Shown here piece after piece: positions 57,058 to 64,000 of a stretch of DNA of 64,000 nt (its first letter is position 1; each line of letters opens with the position of its first letter). The position numbers and the translations under genes were made by a program. The notes beneath the pieces were generated by a model. It was not told where the DNA came from. It saw only the letters and a program-made list of their open reading frames with translations, and did no database searches. Source of the DNA: Armatimonadota bacterium. Its GTDB lineage: Bacteria; Armatimonadota; HRBIN16. The stretch is from contig BPGT01000001.1 of assembly GCA_026003175.1 (NCBI GenBank), positions 408,839-472,838 on the forward strand. The letters run 5' to 3'.

Positions 57058-57949
57058 GCTGCTCTATCTCCCCATCCGAAAAGCCCGCTTTGCGCAGCGC
57101 GGGTATCAGGTGCGTGAACAGCGTGGTGTACTCCCGGAAGTTGCCCCCGCCCGGCTCGCCTACTTGGTACCAGCCCGCATCGTGCGACACGAGCACACGC
57201 CCCAGCAAACCCTTCTGGCGCAGATGCTGGATAAACTCCACATGCTGGTCTACCGTTTCGGGGGAGACACCGTCGAACTCCACCCACGCGCCGCGCTCCG
57301 CCGCCCACGCATGAAGCGCCTTATCGTTTTCCAGCTGCGCATGTACCCAGATGAACGCCGAGGGGCGCACGCCCATCTGCTCCAGACGCTCTATCTGCTT
57401 GCGCGCGGCGGAGCCCGGTCCGGTGTGCGAAGCGATGGTCAACCCGGTCTCGCGGTGGGTGATTGCTGCCGCCTCCAGCAGGCGCATGTCCACTTCCGAC
57501 GGCTCGGGGTCTACGCCAATCTTGATGAAACCGGGGCGGATGTTTGTGCCATCGATACCCTTTTGCGCCTCCGCAATCCACTCGCTGGCGATTTGCCGGG
57601 CGGTGAGGGTGTGTGCCCTGGCGGGAAGATATTTATCGTCCGCTGCGCCGTACCAGCCAGTGTTGGTGAGGATGTACAGCCCGCTCGCCTTGCTGAGCAG
57701 TTGCAGCAGCTGCGGGTCGCGCCCCAGATAGGCAGGGGTACACTCGACGAGGGTGCGACATCCTGCCTGCTTCAGCCGTTGCAGGTAGGGCAGGGCGACG
57801 CGATACACCTCTTCGGGGTCGTAACGCGATTTGCTCACCCTGTCCGCACCAATGAAATCCACCAGCACGTGCTCGTGCGGTAACACGACGCCCAACCGCT
57901 GGGGCGGTACGCTGCCTGTGACGGTGATGACCTGTGCAAGCGCGCTCAT
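57017..57949 (-). CDS. Phosphotriesterase-related (PTE/aryldialkylphosphatase family) protein
   Basis: GVVLPHEHVLVDF metal-binding HxH start; TIM-barrel amidohydrolase blocks. Confidence 0.8.
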   Translation of the reverse strand: MSALAQVITVTGSVPPQRLGVVLPHEHVLVDFIGADRVSKSRYDPEEVYRVALPYLQRLKQAGCRTLVECTPAYLGRDPQLLQLLSKASGLYILTNTGWYGAADDKYLPARAHTLTARQIASEWIAEAQKGIDGTNIRPGFIKIGVDPEPSEVDMRLLEAAAITHRETGLTIASHTGPGSAARKQIERLEQMGVRPSAFIWVHAQLENDKALHAWAAERGAWVEFDGVSPETVDQHVEFIQHLRQKGLLGRVLVSHDAGWYQVGEPGGGNFREYTTLFTHLIPALRKAGFSDGEIEQLTAKNPQRAFAGG

Positions 57950-58028
57950 GGAGAATGTCCTATCACTTTTTGAGGCAGTATACCCGAAGAGGCGTCAGCG
58001 AAGCCATACCATCTACACCGACATTAAT

Positions 58029-58115
58029 CTGTCAGAACTTTTCTGAAAATGTTGGTGTTGTCCCAGCGATTGCAAATTGCAGGCAACAGGGGACGCAACC
58101 TGCTGGCGTCGGTTC
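58029..58115. repeat. Partial copy (left half) of family B MITE-like repeat
   Basis: ctgtcagaacttttctgaaaatgttggtgttgtcccagcgattgcaaattgcaggcaacagg...: aligns to 40823-40910; ~70 bp 5' of the PTE gene. Confidence 0.6.
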
Positions 58116-58223
58116 AGCCCCACCCAGCCTCCCCGCAGGCGAGGAGGAGCATATATTGTCCCCCTGCTTGCGTGGGAACTACAGGGGGCTAACGGCTCGG
58201 CGGGAGCCTCGCCCTCCAGAGGG

Positions 58224-60841
58224 ATGGTTGCGCACACAGAGCTGGAGGGCAAACCTCCGCGTGAGCCGGTTCAGCCCATACTTACTCGTGGGGGGCAACT
58301 CCTCCTTCATCAGCGGGGGAGGGCTCTGCTTGTAGTCTTCGCGCTTCTACTACCCTCTGCTTATGCCCAATATAACCCTGCATCTTTGTGGAGCGTAGAG
58401 TACTGGTTTGAAACAGAATCTGGAACTCAGCCCGGGCACCTGAACGTCACCCTGCAATGGCCTCCACTGTTTACTGAGAGCTACCAGAACCCTCCTTACA
58501 GGAACTGCTGGCATCAAGTACGTATCGACAACAACTCACAAGGGCGGGAGTATCACGCAGTAGCAAGCGGAGTCCTTAACGACCGGCAAACAGCACCGGA
58601 GGTCGTACAATGCTTTACGGCTGGGTTCATACCGCATCGGTGCGCTCAACAGCACTACTTATCAATACCAGTACCTGGAGAGGCAAAACGGTGAGCCGCG
58701 CAAACTGCGCATCACCATCCAGCCGCAGGGCAAGCCCGCGTCTACTCTGACCTACTTCTTCGCCACGAAGACAGAACCGCCCTATGAAGAAACCGGCATG
58801 TTCTCCAAAGTGGAGTACGTTCGCCCGTCTCTGTCGCACTCAGGCAACGAGCGCACGGTGTACTCCTTTGACGCCGATGGACGGGTGACCAGCGTCGCTT
58901 ACTATCGCTACGAGAACGATACCCAGCCAGCATGGACGGAAAACTACACCTACCTTCCTAATGACGCCGATAAGGTCACCCAGTACACCGACCGTGGGGG
59001 CAACGTGTGGCAGTTTGGCTACACGACCGTTGGTGAGGCAAACCTGCTTAACAGTATTACCGACCCGACAGGCGTGCAGACCACTATCGTATGGCGAAGT
59101 GAGCACCCTGACCGCCTCCTGGGGCACGGCCCTGCAATACCTCTACGACCAGGCAGGGCGTCTGACCGGCATCCTTTACAACGGCGTGACACTCGCGCAG
59201 TATACTTACGACGGCGCGGGAAGACTGCTTACGCAACAAGTGTACCCCCTGGGAACGAACAACACCTTGCTCACCACCATCCAGTACGCAGACAGCCAGT
59301 CGGTGGGCGCGGTAGGGCTGATACAGCACTACTTCAACGGCAATCTCATTGCACAGTATGACTATCGAGGCACGGGCGCCAACGACCGCGGCTACTACCC
59401 CGACGGCACCCTGCGCAAAGCGATGGAGCAGGTGAGCGGTGCACCTTACCGTGAGTGGATATGGGACTACAACCCTGACGGTTCCCTGCAGTATGAACGC
59501 CTGAACGGCGCAACCACCAGCTTCGCCTACGACCAGGGAGGCAACCTGACCAGCTGGGGCAGCGCGACGGGCTGGCAATACACCCAAAACCGCCTGACCG
59601 CCGTGACCTCGCGCAACTGGACGTTCACCTACAACCTCAACGGCAACCGCGCAACCGCGAACTGGAACGGTACGGTGCATGGCTACGCCTACGATCCGTT
59701 CGGTAACCTGATTGTGGTATCGGGACCCACCAGCTACCAAGCGGTGTATGACGCCTTCGGGCGGCGCACGTGGTATGAAACGCCCGACGGCGAGCTAACA
59801 TTCATCTATGACGGAGACACTTTGCTTGGGGAAGCCGACCTGGATGGCTATCGCGCGGTGTACATCTGGGGCTTGCTGGGTCCGATTGCCCGCATCGACT
59901 TGCGCTCCCCGGCAGGAACGCGGTATTATGTGATGGATGGTCTGGGTCACACCCGTTTGCTCCTTGACAGTTCAGGCAACATCACCGACCGCTACAGTTA
60001 CGACGCCTGGGGCAACCCGATAGAGCAGGCTGGCACCGCCTTCAACCCCTTCCGCTGGAACGGCGCGTACGGGTATGAATGGACGCCCGCCACAGGCTTA
60101 TACCATGTCGGCGCAAGGGAGTACGACCCGCGCACGGCAAGGTGGCTCCAACGCGATCCGATAGACGCTTCTTCAGGCGACCCGAACCTGTATCGGTATT
60201 GTGGGAATGATCCCCTCAACATGGCAGATGACGGAGGAAAGGACTGGTTCAAGAAGACAGAGGACGGAATCTGGATAGGGCCTTTCCTTTTCAACAGTGA
60301 GGTTGTGTCAGAAGGTCTCAAGACGGGGTTGGCAGCGGTTGGCGGTGTCTTCACTTTTGGCTTGTGGGATGGCGGCGCTTACAAAGATCAGCTGGGTTTC
60401 GAAACGAGCACTTTTTTGGCTGGGGTGGGGCGTGAGTGTTTGATTACAGCAGCGACTCTCGGTGTGGGAGAGTTCATATCTTCTGCGCGCGCGGTGAGGC
60501 AGGTTCAACAGGCGGCGAATAATGCACAGCGCATCGTAGGTTCTGGTCGTGGTGCTGCGCATGGGACGCGTGTTCATACGGAGTTCGCAAAGCAGGTACA
60601 ACAAATCTCGCGTGGACGAATCCGCGCTGAGGTATCCTACAGGAACGGTGTGGTGGTACCCAGAGGTTCCCGGGGCTCAGTACGGGTAGATGCGGTTAGA
60701 GGTCGTCTTGATAAGCCGAAGGAGATTTGGGATTTGAAGACAGGAGGTGCGCGGTTGACACCGAAACGGATTGAGCAGATACGACGGCATCTGCCCAAAG
60801 GTTGCGAAAATATTCCTATTCGGGAGGTACGCCCCAGATGA
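58224..60841 (+). pseudogene. RHS/YD-repeat polymorphic toxin with C-terminal nuclease-like toxin domain; body split across three frames
   Basis: Signal-like N-terminus; YD repeats (YSFDADGRVTSV, YTYDGAGRL, FAYDQGGNL); RHS core YDAWGNPIE...GLYHVGAREYDPRTARWLQRDPID...DPLNMADDGG; frame changes near 58565-58700 and 59090-59100. Confidence 0.65.
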
Positions 60842-61506
60842 AAGCCAGCATTCTGATGAAGGCGGTTAGAAAACACATCCTACCTCTATTACCCAACTTC
60901 AGGTACAAACCGACGACGATTCTATACGCCACGCCAGTGGAGATGGTGCTTCGTGCCTTCTACTTTCAAACCTCCTATCTGGACAGGGAAGCCTTCACGG
61001 TATGGGCGTTCGCTCAACCACTCTATGTGCCCTGTGATCACTTTGTGTTGAATATTGGTAAACGATTGGGATGGTTTCAACATGACAGAGACATCTGGTG
61101 GCGGTGGCGTCCAGAGGATAACGAGCTGGAGAAGCAAGTGATGCAGGAAATCTATTGGTATATTCAAAAGTACGGATTACCCTTTCTGGATAAGGTGGGG
61201 ACACCCGGTGAGGTGATTGAGTGGATTGACAAAAAGAGCGGAAATCCTAAGGATGTTTACTATCAAGAAATAAAAGCTTATTCATATATTCTGATTGGTG
61301 ATTATCGCGGTGCGCAGAAGATTTTGCCTCGCTTGTATACCGAGTTGCGTCAAGATGAGCCGCACTATCCGTGGATGGGGGAGATAGCGGAGCGCATCAA
61401 TCGGATGATGTCGTTGCTGGAGCAGTCATCGGAGGCGGCAGTGCAGCAACTGTATGAATGGCGCCAGTTTACTTTGACCCAGCTGCGCCTGGAGAAGGAG
61501 ATTTGA
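60838..61506 (+). CDS. Putative cognate immunity protein for the RHS C-terminal toxin
   Basis: ATGA overlap with toxin stop; 222 aa cytoplasmic protein; position is canonical for RHS immunity genes. Confidence 0.5.
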   Translation: MKASILMKAVRKHILPLLPNFRYKPTTILYATPVEMVLRAFYFQTSYLDREAFTVWAFAQPLYVPCDHFVLNIGKRLGWFQHDRDIWWRWRPEDNELEKQVMQEIYWYIQKYGLPFLDKVGTPGEVIEWIDKKSGNPKDVYYQEIKAYSYILIGDYRGAQKILPRLYTELRQDEPHYPWMGEIAERINRMMSLLEQSSEAAVQQLYEWRQFTLTQLRLEKEI

Positions 61507-61582
61507 AGCGCAGGCAACGGCTATAGAGATGGCAAGCATATGCCATCAGCCAACACACCATATGTAGGACAGGACTATAGGC

Positions 61583-62293
61583 TTGTACCATGTCGGCGCA
61601 CGGGAGTATGACCCGCGCACGGCACGGTGGCTGCAAAGAGACCCGATAGACGCCGCCAGCGGCGACCCGAACCTGTATCGGTATTGTGGGAATGACCCCG
61701 TCAACCAAGTAGACCCAGACGGCACCGACTGTGACTACCGCAGAGTGCTGGATCTAGCAGGGTTTATCCCTGGGATCGGGGATGTCGCCGATGCCATCAA
61801 CGCGATTGGCTATGCGTTAGAGGGCGATTGGGTCAACGCAGGCATTTCGGCGGCTTCGGTAGTCGGGGCAGATTGGCTCAAAGCCGGTCGGCTGGCAAAG
61901 CGGGTCGTGCAGGAGGTGGTGGAGGAAGGGGCAGAGCAGGTTGCCAAACGGGAAGCTAAGAACGCCCTGCAGGAACAGGGGAAGAAACAGGCTTCCAACA
62001 GCCGAAAGGAGTTTAGAAAAGCTCGTGAGGAGTACTGGAAACGCGAGGCGCAAGAGAACCCAGACAAGTATTCACCTGAAGATTTGGAGCGCATGAGGCA
62101 AGGTAAAGCCCCTATAAGGGATGGAGAACCAGTGCATCTCCACCACAAAAAGCCGCTTTCCGAAGGTGGTCCTAATTGCCCTGAGAACCTAGAACCGATG
62201 ACAGGCAAACAGCACCGAGAGCGTCATAAGCAGCAGGGAGATTTCAGCCGTTGGGGAAAGAGAGGATTGGAGGAAAGGCGAAAGCGGCGATGA
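61583..62293 (+). CDS. Orphan RHS C-terminal cassette: RHS core remnant + PT-TG-like linker + HNH-type nuclease toxin domain
   Basis: Begins at the conserved ...YHVGAREYDPRTARWLQRDPID block (DNA ~90% identical to 60097-60220); toxin motif GEPVHLHHKKPLSEGGPNCPENLEPMTGKQHRERH (HNH). Confidence 0.6.
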   Translation: MYHVGAREYDPRTARWLQRDPIDAASGDPNLYRYCGNDPVNQVDPDGTDCDYRRVLDLAGFIPGIGDVADAINAIGYALEGDWVNAGISAASVVGADWLKAGRLAKRVVQEVVEEGAEQVAKREAKNALQEQGKKQASNSRKEFRKAREEYWKREAQENPDKYSPEDLERMRQGKAPIRDGEPVHLHHKKPLSEGGPNCPENLEPMTGKQHRERHKQQGDFSRWGKRGLEERRKRR

Positions 62294-63342
62294 ATAGGTG
62301 CTTAACCTGGGATGATGTTCTGACGCAGCTTCGCCAGCACTCAGGTGTCAAGCATGGGCTGGGCTGTGATGAATCCGCTATTCAAGCAGCTGAGCAAACA
62401 TTGGTGCTCTGCTTCCCTAACTCGTATAAGCAGTTCTTGTTATCTGTAGGATGGTTAGATCTTGAAGGCGACGAAATATTTGGACTTGGAACGGATCTTC
62501 CGGAACAGTATATGGATGTTGTCTGGGCGACCACTAAAGAAAGGGAGATTATCCACCTACCTGATTCTTTTATAGTCGTTAGCCAAACATACAGGGGCAA
62601 TCTAATCTGCTTGGATACGGCTGATATGCACGACCAAGAGTGTCCTGTCCTTTTTGTAAGCTTTTGCCCATCAGCAGATATAAAGATATTGGCAAACTCT
62701 TTCGTGGAGTTCGTGCGTGCTTGCCTTGCGTATGGAGCCGAGTACCTTACAGAAGCTTTGCTAAACGAGGCAGGCGAATCAATAAGCCCTCCAGATGTGG
62801 AGCCCGTGAGCTGGCGAGAACACCGACAAGTTCATTATGAAGACGCCCAGCGTTTATTTGAGCGATATCGCCATCGTGAGCAGTACCTTATCCAATGGGG
62901 TCAGATTGTCGGGCGTCCCTGGACTTCCGCTCCAATAGGCTTTGCGAAGGAAGCACGCGACTTTTTGCTGGCGCATTCGTGGTGTCGGACAGTGCGCTCC
63001 CTATCCTTGAGAAAATGGGTAGAAGGTATATTTGCCCTTTTTTACGCCGAGATTGAACCTGAACCAGGAAGCGGCGCAGACGAAGCGGTGTGGGTGATCG
63101 TAGGTGATTTGCCTCCCGCTTACATAGATGTATTTTCTGCGACGACGGCTCGCGAGGCGTTGGAAGCCTATATGGGGTTATTGGAAGAATGGGTTGAGGC
63201 GGTTCGTGTAGGTGAGCCGCTGGATGAGTTAATGCCGATTTACCACCGCTATTCGCTTGTTCCCGTGCCACCGACCTTGCGCTTTGCCGAAATGATGTCC
63301 TTACGGCTCCAGTTTTTGCAAGACCTACTAAACAATCTGTAA
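62290..63342 (+). CDS. SMI1/KNR4 (SUKH-family) immunity protein
   Basis: ATGA overlap with the HNH toxin stop; SYKQFLLSVGWLDLEGDEIFGL block typical of SMI1/KNR4. Confidence 0.65.
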   Translation: MNRCLTWDDVLTQLRQHSGVKHGLGCDESAIQAAEQTLVLCFPNSYKQFLLSVGWLDLEGDEIFGLGTDLPEQYMDVVWATTKEREIIHLPDSFIVVSQTYRGNLICLDTADMHDQECPVLFVSFCPSADIKILANSFVEFVRACLAYGAEYLTEALLNEAGESISPPDVEPVSWREHRQVHYEDAQRLFERYRHREQYLIQWGQIVGRPWTSAPIGFAKEARDFLLAHSWCRTVRSLSLRKWVEGIFALFYAEIEPEPGSGADEAVWVIVGDLPPAYIDVFSATTAREALEAYMGLLEEWVEAVRVGEPLDELMPIYHRYSLVPVPPTLRFAEMMSLRLQFLQDLLNNL

Positions 63343-63422
63343 AAAACCTTATATAACCGTCTATTGGCACAGCTCTTCACTCGGAACAGGGCGTACGGGT
63401 TTAAGTATATCCTGCCACCGGT

Positions 63423-63980
63423 TTGTACCATGTGTGCGCACGGGAATACGACCCCCGCACCGCAAGCAAGGTGGCTCCAACCGGTCTGTATGCGCTGGAA
63501 GGCGACTGGACGAACGCCGCCATCTCTGGTGTAGGCGTTATTCCGATATTAGGCGATATTGCCAAAGTCGGTCGGTGGGTCAAGCGCGTTCAGGCTATCT
63601 CTCATGTGGTATTATATGAGCGCGCAGGCAGCAAAGCACTCAGGGCATTACGCCCTTCTGAGGAGGCGATTTGTGAGACATCTCGCGCTGCGCGTCGTGA
63701 GGCGATGAGACAGGCAGGGATACCCACGTGTCAGCAGCCTATCGCCCGGCGAGGGACGGCGAATAACTGGCAGTACGAGTATGAAGTACCTTTGCCAGGG
63801 GGCGGCATGGATAGGAAGGTTGTTACTCACCACCCTGCGGATACGAGTCATCCATATCCACATTGGGAAGCTTCCACCCCGAAGCGAGGAGGAGGGATTG
63901 ACCCGCTAGGACGCCTTCGTTATGACAATATGGACCGAATTTCACGCAAGCCCAAAGTGAAAGTTCCTTACAAGAGATGA
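63423..63980 (+). CDS. Second orphan RHS C-terminal cassette (truncated core + PT-TG-like linker + distinct toxin domain)
   Basis: Starts YHVCAREYDPRTA, then YALEGDWTNAAISGVGVIPILGDIAK (shared with the first orphan), then His-rich C-terminal domain (VTHHPADTSHPYPHWE). Confidence 0.5.
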   Translation: MYHVCAREYDPRTASKVAPTGLYALEGDWTNAAISGVGVIPILGDIAKVGRWVKRVQAISHVVLYERAGSKALRALRPSEEAICETSRAARREAMRQAGIPTCQQPIARRGTANNWQYEYEVPLPGGGMDRKVVTHHPADTSHPYPHWEASTPKRGGGIDPLGRLRYDNMDRISRKPKVKVPYKR

Positions 63981-64000
63981 ATCACCAGAGTTACAGGGAG

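Noticed and set aside
1-64000. tRNA/rRNA genes
   Set aside because: No cloverleaf-like conserved T-loop (GGTTCGAATCC-type) or rRNA-like conserved blocks were recognised by eye. A tRNAscan-SE or Infernal run is needed to confirm absence.

Overview
This is a 64 kb, high-GC (~60%) bacterial chromosomal window with compact, mostly SD-led genes and many 4-nt ATGA overlaps. It is probably from an Armatimonadota- or Planctomycetota-like lineage, judging from the abundant prepilin-type H-X9-DG proteins, the archaeal-type phosphoglycerate mutase, and the repeat content, but this is a low-confidence guess. The core is housekeeping: leuS, glyA, rpiB, folB, ackA, gpsA, apgM, uppP, wecA/wecB, dCMP deaminase, comF. 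The accessory content is more interesting: (1) a NrfH-like tetraheme cytochrome c, NrfC-like FeS protein and NrfD-like membrane subunit with no catalytic subunit, the cytochrome broken by a frameshift at an in-frame TGA; (2) an ECF sigma, anti-sigma and secreted STN/zinc-ribbon protein operon; (3) a type II R-M pair (N4C/N6A beta-class methyltransferase plus putative endonuclease) beside a divergent DprA/SLOG-like protein; (4) a MazF toxin with an unannotated 26-aa antitoxin ORF; (5) an RHS/YD-repeat polymorphic toxin locus with immunity gene and two orphan C-terminal toxin cassettes; (6) two paralogous coiled-coil + PD-(D/E)XK-like proteins sharing an 'HPEWR' N-terminus; (7) two interspersed repeat families, one a GC-rich nested-palindrome REP-like element ending GGGGGTTAGGTT at 3 loci (one as a 2.5x tandem array), the other a ~190-bp MITE-like element with terminal inverted repeats and conserved hairpins at 3 loci, each just 5' of a minus-strand metabolic gene. 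Five genes carry frameshifts or an in-frame stop (cytochrome, H-X9-DG pilin-like, large Zn-metalloprotease, RHS twice), so either the sequence has indel errors or these are genuine pseudogenes. No rRNA, tRNA or CRISPR array was recognised by eye.
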